Notes: generated by a model not told the origin, from the letters alone. DNA of 64,000 nt from Candidatus Shapirobacteria bacterium CG_4_10_14_0_8_um_filter_39_15 (GCA_002784465.1 PFLE01000011.1:3966-67965), one strand, 5' to 3'. Positions 25,174-34,411 are shown, numbered from the stretch's first letter. Translations and numbers: made by a program.

Positions 25174-25912
25174 CTAAAATTTGGTTAATTTTTTCGATTT
25201 CTTGATCAGTAATTTGACCTTTCTCTTTTAGCCACTGCAAGAAATGAAAATATTGATTAGGGTGCAAAATTGGTCTTACAACTTCGACTAGACCAATTTG
25301 CTCTTTAACAAAATTAAGGTGTTTTTCTTGAAGAACCCCTCGTCCTATTAAGTCATAAACAATTCTAATAGCGTCCGCAGAAGTAAGATTTAAGTCTCCT
25401 TTTCTGTTCTTATCGATTTCAACATCTTGCGAACTAATTGACAAAATGTCTTCTAAGGTATTAAAACCATTTAGGTTCTTATTATAGAATTCTATCTCTT
25501 GCCCCCGATAAGTAAACCACGTTTTTCCTTGTTCTGTTAAAGATCCTCGAGGTAAATAAACCCCTTCTCTTTCGACCCTTTCTTTCGAAACCCAACCACA
25601 AACATACAAAATCCATTTTTTCTGCTTCTTTGTTCCCGGTAATAATCTGTTGCTGGGAGTTTCTAAGTGGGTCATTAAATATATGTCTGTATCAAGCTTT
25701 TTGTCGTATACTTGTCTTGCAAAAAAGTTGTGTTTAGCCTCTCGGGGAATTTTATCACCACTTAGATATTCCTCTTTAAACGGTAAGGATCCTCCTCTGC
25801 ATTTAACATCAATCTTAACTCCGGTTGGAAGTAAAATATCATAAGCAATCGAGTGATTTTCCATTGTCATTTCTGGCAATCCTAGTTTATTTCGAAGAAC
25901 AATCTCGGCCAA
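25151..25912 (-). CDS. putative PD-(D/E)xK restriction endonuclease (partner of the methyltransferase)
   Basis: Convergent with the MTase, with a 23-bp 3' overlap. Candidate catalytic motif YDILLPTGVKIDVKCR (D-x10-D-V-K). No family-level match recognised. Confidence 0.45.
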   Translation of the reverse strand: MAEIVLRNKLGLPEMTMENHSIAYDILLPTGVKIDVKCRGGSLPFKEEYLSGDKIPREAKHNFFARQVYDKKLDTDIYLMTHLETPSNRLLPGTKKQKKWILYVCGWVSKERVEREGVYLPRGSLTEQGKTWFTYRGQEIEFYNKNLNGFNTLEDILSISSQDVEIDKNRKGDLNLTSADAIRIVYDLIGRGVLQEKHLNFVKEQIGLVEVVRPILHPNQYFHFLQWLKEKGQITDQEIEKINQILVISLVLF

Positions 25913-26233
25913 TGCTCCGAAACCTTGCTCTTCGATATTTCCTCGTTCTGCGCCTGTCTTATTCAGATTTTTCGATATAGATTGCGCAGCTTGTTCACGT
26001 AAACTAAAACCTAAATCATCCGTGAGTTTTATAACTATTGGTCTTGGGGAATAATATTTATAGATCTTTCCTATTTTAGCACTTTTTATATTCTAAAATG
26101 AAATTCATAGAAAATAGAAGAAAATTAAAAGAAGTTATTATTTATAACAACTATCACAATTTGTCCCAATTTTACTTTACTTCTCTTTTCTTCACAAGAA
26201 AGAAGGAAAGTTGAGGGAAATAATTAAAGATTC

Positions 26234-27013
26234 TTATCCTGCTCTTTGTGCTTCTTGTGTGAGAGGAGAAGAAATTGGCGTAGGAGTTTTTTCACCTGGT
26301 CGGTGAAGACTAATATCACCGCAAGCCTGCCAAATATGTTCAAGCACTGGCATTATTCGGGGATTATTAATCGCTATTACTTTATTTAAGGGAGAATAAA
26401 GAAAATTATTAAGTCCTCCTTTGGTGGAATTTTTTAACTTTGAAAATTCATGAAACCCGGCATATAAACTCTCGGGGTATTTGGGATCTGGGTTTTGGGC
26501 TATAGATCTTCCTAAATCAAGGGCATTAAGAAAATCTTTTTCTCTCATTTTTCCTTCCGGACGATCACCAATGCAATATAGATGAAAAAGAGTTTCTGCT
26601 GACAAGGTAGGAAATTCTACTACCTGCGGTGGAACACTAACGTTAATCTTTCCAAATTTAAGGGTTGCCTCACTGGGTTTAATTTCTGCAATATTATGAT
26701 AAACAGCCCCGATACTTAACGGGGTTGGATTCTCGCGTCGAACTTTAACGGCTAAATCTTTTTTTGCTTGAGAAAATAGAATATCAACGTCTCTCCAAGT
26801 TCCTTCCGGGCTCATAACCACAAAATCCTCCTTTTGTAAAACTGCATCCCTGGCAATTCCGCCAATTACCCACCACCCTTCTTTTCCACCAGCTTCTTGC
26901 TCCACTACAGTTAGAAGATTATGTAAATGAGTCAGGTAAACTTCTCTATCTTGTGGAGTGCTTTCAACAATACGAACATTTCCTCTGGTATTAATTACTC
27001 TATCCGGAAGCAA
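26234..27013 (-). CDS. nucleotidyltransferase-fold protein (pol-beta-like NTase superfamily)
   Basis: WWVIGGIARDAVLQKEDFVVMSPEGTWRDVDILF fits the hG[GS]-x9-13-DhD pattern. Confidence 0.4.
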   Translation of the reverse strand: MLPDRVINTRGNVRIVESTPQDREVYLTHLHNLLTVVEQEAGGKEGWWVIGGIARDAVLQKEDFVVMSPEGTWRDVDILFSQAKKDLAVKVRRENPTPLSIGAVYHNIAEIKPSEATLKFGKINVSVPPQVVEFPTLSAETLFHLYCIGDRPEGKMREKDFLNALDLGRSIAQNPDPKYPESLYAGFHEFSKLKNSTKGGLNNFLYSPLNKVIAINNPRIMPVLEHIWQACGDISLHRPGEKTPTPISSPLTQEAQRAG

Positions 27014-27084
27014 GCCATTTATGGATTGTTAACTAAAGCCATTGTTGGGCAAAAGTACCACCACCATATCTTCCGGCAGATGAT

Positions 27085-27309
27085 CTAACGCCAACCGCAA
27101 TTGAATTCCATAACATTAAAACTTGGATTATGCATTTGTTCCCAAGCACCCATAAATTGAATTGTGTATTTCGTAGATAACCAATTGGCAATCACAATAC
27201 CGGTTGCTTCACGATCTTTGAACTTTGCCATGTCAGTCAAAGATATATATTCTTCTTCCTTATCTTTAATTACCGATATTTTAAGTCCATGAGCGATAAT
27301 TTTCTTCAT
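27085..27309 (-). CDS. Bro-N/KilA-N-like domain fragment (phage anti-repressor N-terminal domain)
   Basis: ISVIKDKEEEYISLTDMAKF resembles Bro-N (IRVI.D..GE.WF.A.DVAKAL). Only 74 aa. Confidence 0.35.
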   Translation of the reverse strand: MKKIIAHGLKISVIKDKEEEYISLTDMAKFKDREATGIVIANWLSTKYTIQFMGAWEQMHNPSFNVMEFNCGWR

Positions 27310-27427
27310 AATTTCTATTTAATTTTACCCCTTCAAGCATTTCGAGGCAAGCCCTTTTTCCACCCTCTAGCAATAGAAATTTATTCTTTTCCAATAAAGT
27401 AATGAAGCAATCAAAGGTATTGAGTAT

Positions 27428-27661
27428 TCAGTGTTTAGTTTTCAGTTTTGAAATTACTTTTTCCCAATATCTCCCTTTAGCTTGAAAGAAGAGAAGGTAA
27501 ATAATTTCCAAAATTCCCACACTATTAAGAATGAGAATCACAGTAAACCATTGCTTTTGTTCATTTTGAGCGGCTTTCCATAAAGCCCAGCCTTTCCAGA
27601 ACAAAGACCAAATCATTAATAGCAGAAAAGGCAAACTAGAAATCATTTGATTTATATCCAT
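27428..27661 (-). CDS. small membrane protein (two TM helices)
   Basis: 77 aa with two hydrophobic helices. Confidence 0.3.
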   Translation of the reverse strand: MDINQMISSLPFLLLMIWSLFWKGWALWKAAQNEQKQWFTVILILNSVGILEIIYLLFFQAKGRYWEKVISKLKTKH

Positions 27662-27673
27662 ATTTGTATCATA

Positions 27674-28018
27674 TCACAAAGGGGAAATGTTTTTAATCAC
27701 TCGTGTTTCATTGTAATCGATGCAGACTGCGTCTATTCGAAGTTGTTCAGGAAGTTCAGGATGAAGTAATTTATAATAGTCCCCCACTCTGGCTATTTTT
27801 CTGATTTTCCAGGGAGTAATTGCTTCTTCCGGCAGACCATACCAAGAATTTGATCTTGTTTTAACTTCAACAAAGATTAAAACATTGTCATCTAAAGCAA
27901 TAATATCAATTTCCCCGATTTTACAGGAAAAATTTCTTTGAAGAATTTTGTATCCTTGTTTTCGAAGAATGTCAACGGCTAAACTTTCACCCCTTCCTCC
28001 TAAATCTTTCGAACTCAT
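27674..28018 (-). CDS. yraN: YraN-family endonuclease (UPF0102)
   Basis: GESLAVDILRKQGYKILQRNFSCKIGEIDIIALDDNVLIFVEVKTR is the UPF0102 pattern. Confidence 0.8.
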   Translation of the reverse strand: MSSKDLGGRGESLAVDILRKQGYKILQRNFSCKIGEIDIIALDDNVLIFVEVKTRSNSWYGLPEEAITPWKIRKIARVGDYYKLLHPELPEQLRIDAVCIDYNETRVIKNISPL

Positions 28019-28314
28019 TTATTCAATTTTTTAATTTCTTTTTTAGTTTGGGTTCTTAAATAATAAAGTTTGGCTCTTTTTACTTTAGAAGTTTTCTTGA
28101 CTTCGACTTTTTGAAGCAAAGGTGAAGCAACCGGAAAAACTCTTTCGATTCCGACTCCGGCCGCCCCAATCCGCCGAACCGTAAAGGATTGATTTTCCAA
28201 GCTGCCCCGAATGGCCATGAGCATCCCTTCAAAATAATTTCCTTCACCAAAATAAACGCGGATTAAATCACCGACTTTTGCTTTTATTTCTTTGAAATTT
28301 AATTGATTTGCCAT
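28015..28314 (-). CDS. rplS: 50S ribosomal protein L19
   Basis: GDLIRVYFGEG...GMLMAIRGSL...FTVRRIGAAGVGIERVFPV. Confidence 0.9.
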   Translation of the reverse strand: MANQLNFKEIKAKVGDLIRVYFGEGNYFEGMLMAIRGSLENQSFTVRRIGAAGVGIERVFPVASPLLQKVEVKKTSKVKRAKLYYLRTQTKKEIKKLNK

Positions 28315-28420
28315 TTGAAGTATTTTAGCAGATTTTAGAAGAAAATAAAAGTGCAGTACCGGAAGAATATCAAAACAACAAGAAAGTTGTACTTTTCTTA
28401 TTATTGAACCCCTCCGGTAC

Positions 28421-30403
28421 TTAGAAGTTCACAACTGGACCGTCGTATGTAATCTTACCCATATTGATGATCACAACGCGAGAAGCAGTCTTTGCCACCT
28501 GCTGGTCATGGGTAACGATTACGACGGCGATTCCTTTTTGTATCAGTGCTTGTACTAAATCTAGAACTTTGGCAATTCCGTCTGCATCAAGCCCGATGGT
28601 TGGTTCGTCTAGAATCAGGACTTGAATTCCCGCGGTTGAGGCAGAAATCGCGAGCATTTCTACTTCACTTGGATGAAGATCCAATGGACAGCTTAGTGGT
28701 TCCAAACCGGTCCAATCAATTCCTTCCGTAACGAACGCTTCAATTCTACCCGAATCCCAATGTTGTATTTTAGGACTGAACGAAAGTTCGTCATTCACTG
28801 TCATTGAGATAGTTTGAAGAGAGGCATTTTGAAAGACGTAGCCGACTCCTCCTCTCGCCTTGACATTTCCCTTGATTGGCTTAATTGCACCGGCAAGAGT
28901 CAGCATCGCAGTTGTTTTTCCGGAACCATTAGGTCCCATAACAACCACAAGTTCGCCTTCTCTTAAGTCTAGCGAGATGCCGTTAAGAATTGCTGTTCCG
29001 TCTAGCTCCACATAGACATTGTCCATTTTAGCGATAATCTCTCCCGGAATAACAGACATTGGTGGCCGGAATTCGCGTAGAAGAGAGTATCGGGAAAGCA
29101 TCTCTTCGGTGAAGAACTCTCCGGGAAGAACATCCTGCGCAATTGTTCCTTTTTCTAGGGTAACTACCCGTGTAACAAAAGGTTTTATTTCACTCCAAAA
29201 GGGATCAGCGATTATCACGGTGCAAGGATTTTGAACGAGGAAATCCTTAAGAGCACTCAAGAATTCCTGCCGTCCTTGCGGATCAAGTTCCTGCATTGGG
29301 GAATCAAAAAGAAGAATTTTTGCTGTAGAAGCGAGAATTCCGGCAAGAACAAGCCGAACTTGCTGTCCTCCCGAAAGTTTAGTTATCTCCTTTTCCCACA
29401 AATCCCCGATTCCCATTATCTCAAGGGTTCTTCGTGCACTGATTTCGTTTTCGGCGAGGAAAGTTATCTCCTGCCCAACAGTGAGTCCGTGAAACGAAGC
29501 AAAGGGATCCGGGGATATATAACGGACTGATCCGGAAAGTTTTGCTAGGGACGTATTCATCGTATTCATCCCTGATGCAGTAACGCTTCCCATGAATTCG
29601 CCCATAATTGAACTGATAATACCCCCTACTACCCTAAGGAGCGTCGTTTTTCCAGATCCCGACCTCCCTGCTAGGTAGATAAATTCTCCACCATCAACCC
29701 TTAGGTTAATTCCCGTCAATACATCCGGAAGGAGGGGCGAGTAGCGAACATGTACGTCATTCAGAATAAGATCCCCATTTCCTTCAGGCTTTGTTCGTGT
29801 ATGCGATAAGCTGGCGGCTGCTCCTTTCTGAGTGTTGTCTATCACTCGAGGAATTATCGCCATTGCAAGTGGAATGAGATTCCTAATACTGGCGATTGGC
29901 GAATCCCACTTCAGCCCACGAATGATAAGCGATTGCGTGAGAGCCACAAACTCTCTTTTGATAATCTGGACCCCTCGAAGAATTGTCAAAACCCAAGGTT
30001 CTGCAGGTTTTATCCAGGATAATCCTTCGTACATCTCTGGAAGAGAGGTAGAAAGAAGCCAGGCAAACGAGATAAGCATCGCCCCGATGATTCTTGTCCC
30101 CATCACCAATCCTCTCTCGAAACCTGCTTGGTTCACTGTGAAAACTAACCATTGCCAGCCGCCATGACCTCTAGCGGAGAAAATCACGTTATAGAAAAAC
30201 ATCATCGCCCCGGTAATGGGAGCAGCTAAAACCAACTTCCAATTCCGATTTTCGCCCACAAGATAAATTACAATTCCAACAAGAAGGAAAAGGATTGCAC
30301 CCGGAATGTTGTTAATGAAAATGTAGAGACAACCGCTGGTGAAAACGACTACCAGCCTCACTCTTGGTGATAGAAAAGACAAACCTCTCTTCCTCGTCTT
30401 CAT
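28421..30403 (-). CDS. fused ECF-transporter T component (CbiQ/EcfT) plus two ABC ATPase domains (EcfA/EcfA')
   Basis: N-terminal multi-TM EcfT-like region, then Walker A GRSGSGKTT and signature LSGGQQ, then a second Walker A GPNGSGKTT. GC is far above the genome background. Confidence 0.75.
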   Translation of the reverse strand: MKTRKRGLSFLSPRVRLVVVFTSGCLYIFINNIPGAILFLLVGIVIYLVGENRNWKLVLAAPITGAMMFFYNVIFSARGHGGWQWLVFTVNQAGFERGLVMGTRIIGAMLISFAWLLSTSLPEMYEGLSWIKPAEPWVLTILRGVQIIKREFVALTQSLIIRGLKWDSPIASIRNLIPLAMAIIPRVIDNTQKGAAASLSHTRTKPEGNGDLILNDVHVRYSPLLPDVLTGINLRVDGGEFIYLAGRSGSGKTTLLRVVGGIISSIMGEFMGSVTASGMNTMNTSLAKLSGSVRYISPDPFASFHGLTVGQEITFLAENEISARRTLEIMGIGDLWEKEITKLSGGQQVRLVLAGILASTAKILLFDSPMQELDPQGRQEFLSALKDFLVQNPCTVIIADPFWSEIKPFVTRVVTLEKGTIAQDVLPGEFFTEEMLSRYSLLREFRPPMSVIPGEIIAKMDNVYVELDGTAILNGISLDLREGELVVVMGPNGSGKTTAMLTLAGAIKPIKGNVKARGGVGYVFQNASLQTISMTVNDELSFSPKIQHWDSGRIEAFVTEGIDWTGLEPLSCPLDLHPSEVEMLAISASTAGIQVLILDEPTIGLDADGIAKVLDLVQALIQKGIAVVIVTHDQQVAKTASRVVIINMGKITYDGPVVNF

Positions 30404-30484
30404 ATCTGCCTCCTAGAATACGTGGGACCGGACAGGCCAAATTGGGAACTGTCCGATCCCACTGACTAATGGAACCCAACAATG

Positions 30485-31270
30485 TTATTCGGCAATGCCG
30501 GCCTGGCGCAGGCGAAGGGTATATAGGGGTAAGAGGAACAACCCCAAGACGGCGGAGACCGTATCCCCCACAAACCAGCCGACACCAGGATCGATTAAGG
30601 CTGCCTCGATTGGTTTGCCACCCACGTAGGCTGCGAAGGCACCGATCAGCGCACTGACTCCACAGGCAACGACGGCAATGTCCACCGCGAGAACAAAGTG
30701 ATCCATGTTCAGGTTTCTGCCAACGTTCCCCAGGATGACGGGCACGCCCACCACCAGAACGATAAGGGGCAGAGCCAGACCCCAAGGGGATGGCAAAGCC
30801 AGAACAATATTGACCAGACCCGCCGCCATGACCGCCAGAGCGAGCACGACGACGCGAACGGCCCCGTTCAGCACGTCATACGGATCTTTGCAGCCGAACG
30901 TAGGATCAAGTCTTAACATTCGGAACAGAAGGGCAGGCAGCATTGCGTTGGCAAACCCGCCGGCAATGGGATTCTGGATGATGTCCGTAATACCCCATCC
31001 GCCATACGCGAAAATACCGGCTGTATACGCACCGAGTCCGCCTGCCACCGCTCCGAGCCATGGTCCAAGCCAGATTCCCGCGACCAACTGCAAGGCCGCA
31101 GGTAACCAGATGAAGCTCGCCCCCTTCACAGAGGGTGACGAACCAACGGTTATCATGACCCAACCGATCGCGGCGATGGCCACTGCCAGAAAGCCGGCGA
31201 AGGTGTAGCGTAGAACCGGGTCACGTCGTGCAACGTACGTCTTAGAACTTGCCATTGGAATTTCCTCCAT
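30485..31270 (-). CDS. integral membrane protein, putative ECF S-component (substrate capture subunit)
   Basis: 261 aa rich in Ala/Gly/Val/Leu with multiple TM helices. It lies between the ECF T/A gene and a 5-FCL-family gene. Other ORFs overlapping this GC-rich stretch are spurious. Confidence 0.45.
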   Translation of the reverse strand: MEEIPMASSKTYVARRDPVLRYTFAGFLAVAIAAIGWVMITVGSSPSVKGASFIWLPAALQLVAGIWLGPWLGAVAGGLGAYTAGIFAYGGWGITDIIQNPIAGGFANAMLPALLFRMLRLDPTFGCKDPYDVLNGAVRVVVLALAVMAAGLVNIVLALPSPWGLALPLIVLVVGVPVILGNVGRNLNMDHFVLAVDIAVVACGVSALIGAFAAYVGGKPIEAALIDPGVGWFVGDTVSAVLGLFLLPLYTLRLRQAGIAE

Positions 31271-31284
31271 TTTACTAACTTTTT

Positions 31285-32055
31285 TTACAGCTGAGAAGAA
31301 AGCCTGGTCGGCATACCTACCACCTCCTCCTGCATCGCCTGAAGCTCCCGAAGCGGAGGGATTGACCCCAACATTCCTGGCTGGAGACTATCCCAAACCA
31401 CCCCAAGAGTGGGTTTGTGCGGCTCGTCGACCTTGATCATCCTTCTCGGAGTGCAAATCAGATCACAAGCCGTGTCGAATGGATCGGCGGAGAATTGCTC
31501 GGTGACCACCTGGCAGTCATGAACAACTGCGACTACCGGTGTTTTGGCACTGACGACGCCGATTGAATAGAACATGGCCCATTCAAGATCGAAATAGCCA
31601 TGCCCTTTACCAATACGAATCCCTCCGATTGTTACTGCCCCTGTTCCGGTCACTAACAAGTCAATTTTGCCGAATATGCTTTTGATGCTTTGGAGTGATA
31701 TGATAGCACCTTCGTTTTCCATGCCATCCAGGGTAGCGGCATAAAGGTACCGGCTTTTTGGGATACCAGGACCGAGAAGAACAAACCCCCTCCGAATTCC
31801 ATATGTAGAAACAATGATCGTTTTTTCTTGCCATAAAGCATGGTAGCGCAACCTTTCCAAACAATTATCCGGGGTGATGAAGACAGTATCTGCCTGTCTC
31901 CAAAAATCGCTCCTTATTAACCGACCCAGGGCTTGACCGCTTCCTACAAAATCCGCGATAAATTCACCCAGATCCATGTCGAATCGGCTATCGGGACGAG
32001 CAACCCCCTTCCTTAACTTCTCAAAAACTGCTTGCCTGACTTCATTCTTATCCAT
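31285..32055 (-). CDS. 5-formyltetrahydrofolate cyclo-ligase-family (MTHFS-like fold) protein
   Basis: IGKGHGYFDLEW matches the GxGxGYYD motif, and ITPDNCLERLR is N-terminal-like. 256 aa. Confidence 0.5.
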   Translation of the reverse strand: MDKNEVRQAVFEKLRKGVARPDSRFDMDLGEFIADFVGSGQALGRLIRSDFWRQADTVFITPDNCLERLRYHALWQEKTIIVSTYGIRRGFVLLGPGIPKSRYLYAATLDGMENEGAIISLQSIKSIFGKIDLLVTGTGAVTIGGIRIGKGHGYFDLEWAMFYSIGVVSAKTPVVAVVHDCQVVTEQFSADPFDTACDLICTPRRMIKVDEPHKPTLGVVWDSLQPGMLGSIPPLRELQAMQEEVVGMPTRLSSQL

Positions 32056-32175
32056 TACTCCTCCTTCATAAAATTAATACATTTCACAGGCTAGCTCTCT
32101 ACCTCTGAACAACTTTTCGGATGCAGAGCGCTAACCTGTATATTTGTTAAAGTACAATGTTTTTATCCACCAAAA

Positions 32176-32207
32176 AAGCGCCTCTTATTGGCGCTTCCTA
32201 GTAAACA
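32176..32207 (-). terminator. Rho-independent terminator downstream of purF (bidirectional hairpin AAGCGCC-tcttatt-GGCGCTT flanked by A6/T6)
   Basis: On the minus strand, a 7-bp GC-rich stem followed by TTTTTT. Confidence 0.5.
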
Positions 32208-32437
32208 AAAACCTAATTAAAGGAAATTTTTCAACTGAAAAAAAATTTCGAACGGCCAATTTATGTATTTTCATCTTGCGGCCGGACAGTTTACAAGAAT
32301 TATTATTCTGACAATTACAAACTATAACACTGTGAAAAAGTTGTCAAGGGGCAATTATGCCCCTAGCCGTAACCATCCCCGAATTTTTGTCTCCAGATTT
32401 TTATCTGTTAATCTTTTTTTTTGATTATTTTCATTTT

Positions 32438-33853
32438 CTAGTCAAATTTATTCTTATTGGCTGTAAAAGAAGAAACAGGATATTTTCCGGTCGCGCACCC
32501 TAAACATAAACCATATTCTTTTTTAACCGTTTCGTTAACAACTTGGGAAAATTCCTCAACTGAAAGATAATTTAGCGAATCAACCTCTAGAGATTTGGCA
32601 ACTTGATTTATTTTAACCATTTCTTTTGCTATTAGCTTGTCACTGTCATTAATGTCTGTCCCTAATGGACAATAACCAATAACCGGCGGGAAAATAATTC
32701 TAAGATGTATTTTTTTAGCTCCACCATTCCGTAAATCTCCAATCCTTCTTCTTATCGTTTGCACAACCCCCCTGGTCGTTGTTCCGCGAATAATCGAATC
32801 GTCAACGATGGCGATTTCTTTCCCTTGAACAATATCGAAGGGGTGATAATTTCCATTGGCAACTTCTTTTCTCGTCTCATGGTTGGGATTAATAAAACCG
32901 CGAATTGCTCCATTGATGCTTCCGTAACGATTTTTCAACATTGACGTTTTTAAATCTATGGGTTTCCCCCAAAGTTCTGATAACCCTTGGGTAAAACCTT
33001 CTGATGCTGATTTTGCTGATTCAGCAATATAGGTCACAAAATCAATCGTTTTTGGAGGAGGATATAGTTCTACCAATTTTTTCCCAAGATTTCTTCTAAG
33101 TTTGTTAAAAATAATCATTTCGCCGGGTTTAACCTCTCTTTTATAGGAAATCTCTAAATTATTAAACGCTGATGATTCCGAAGATATGGCATAACCAGTT
33201 ATTTTATCTTGGGTAAATTCGGCATACGATAACGGACGATTACCGTATTTATCCCTAATGGCAATGATTGAATTTTTGGTAGCAAAAATTAAACAAAAGG
33301 ATCCCTCTAGTACGGGAAGACACTTCTCAATTTTGGTAATTAGACTTTTACCCGGTAAAGATAGAATTAAAGAACCAATAATTTCACTATCAGTTGTGCT
33401 AGAAAAAGAAAACCTCTTTTTTACAAGGATTTCTTTTAGCTGCGGGGCGTTTGTTATGTTTCCATTATGGGCAACAGCAAACGATCCTTTTGGTGAATCA
33501 AATAAAAAAGGAGCGGCATTTTTTAATGAAGACGAACCCGTTGTTGAATATCGGGTATGGGAAACAGCTAAATACCCCTTTAAATTTTGCTTAATATTTT
33601 CTTCACTCTCCAAATAAGTATTATATAAATTTCGTACTAAACCCATTCTTTTGAAAACCGCTGATAATTTTCGGCCATCACCAACAACAATTCCCGCCGA
33701 TTCCTCACCTCGGTGTTGCAAGGCCAATAATCCGGAAAGAGTAGAAGTTACGATCGTGTTTGAAAAATCCGGGTGAGGAAAAAATATACCAAATACCCCA
33801 CATTCTTCATGCGGATGATCAATATAAATTTTATTTGAATATAATATCTTCAT
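32438..33853 (-). CDS. purF: amidophosphoribosyltransferase
   Basis: Ntn-type Cys in CGVFGIF after a short leader. PRTase motif IAIVDDSIIRGTTTRG. 471 aa. Confidence 0.9.
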   Translation of the reverse strand: MKILYSNKIYIDHPHEECGVFGIFFPHPDFSNTIVTSTLSGLLALQHRGEESAGIVVGDGRKLSAVFKRMGLVRNLYNTYLESEENIKQNLKGYLAVSHTRYSTTGSSSLKNAAPFLFDSPKGSFAVAHNGNITNAPQLKEILVKKRFSFSSTTDSEIIGSLILSLPGKSLITKIEKCLPVLEGSFCLIFATKNSIIAIRDKYGNRPLSYAEFTQDKITGYAISSESSAFNNLEISYKREVKPGEMIIFNKLRRNLGKKLVELYPPPKTIDFVTYIAESAKSASEGFTQGLSELWGKPIDLKTSMLKNRYGSINGAIRGFINPNHETRKEVANGNYHPFDIVQGKEIAIVDDSIIRGTTTRGVVQTIRRRIGDLRNGGAKKIHLRIIFPPVIGYCPLGTDINDSDKLIAKEMVKINQVAKSLEVDSLNYLSVEEFSQVVNETVKKEYGLCLGCATGKYPVSSFTANKNKFD

Positions 33854-33880
33854 AAAACCCGAGTGCTAAAATTCGGTGGG

Positions 33881-34411
33881 TCAAGTACCAAATAAGGGAA
33901 GTTTGCCTAATGAATAAAAAGAAATCGTAATTTCCACCTTTTCTTCACCTTGCTTTAATACGGCCACGACTCCAACGACCCGGGCGTTGACTTCTTTCAT
34001 CAAATCATCTACCACTTTTATGGTTTTTCCGGTGGAAACAACATCATCAACAATCAGGACTTTTTTTCCTTTTATCAACTCGGCATCCGGTCCGTTTAAA
34101 ACCATCCCTGGTTTAGTTTTACTGGAAATCGGATGAGTCATATAACCCATGATGTTTTTTCTTAGGATTATATAACGAGGTTTTTTTAAAAGATTGGACA
34201 ATTCTTGCATTAAAGGGACAACTTTTACTTCCGGACCAACCAAATAATCAAAATCCAAATCCTTTATTTTTTCGGCCAGAGATTCGGCCACTTTTTTGAC
34301 CAATTCTCCATCACCAAGAAGGTTAAATGAAGCAATTTTCAAAAGAGGTCCTATGCTGACGATAGGAAGCTCTCTTTCCAAACCGCATATGTTTAATTTA
34401 TAAACATTCAT
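33881..34411 (-). CDS. type I phosphoribosyltransferase-family protein (PyrE/Apt-like)
   Basis: PRPP-binding motif VLIVDDVVSTGKT. Start uncertain: ORF-track 34543, with the internal ATG at 34411 more plausible. Confidence 0.55.
   Translation of the reverse strand: MNVYKLNICGLERELPIVSIGPLLKIASFNLLGDGELVKKVAESLAEKIKDLDFDYLVGPEVKVVPLMQELSNLLKKPRYIILRKNIMGYMTHPISSKTKPGMVLNGPDAELIKGKKVLIVDDVVSTGKTIKVVDDLMKEVNARVVGVVAVLKQGEEKVEITISFYSLGKLPLFGT

Noticed and set aside
30312-31208. Several 60-170-aa ORFs on both strands (30312..30785, 30469..30657, 30698..30916, 30705..31208, 30906..31163)
   Set aside because: They lie inside or antisense to the high-GC ECF membrane-protein gene. High GC suppresses stop codons, so these are spurious.
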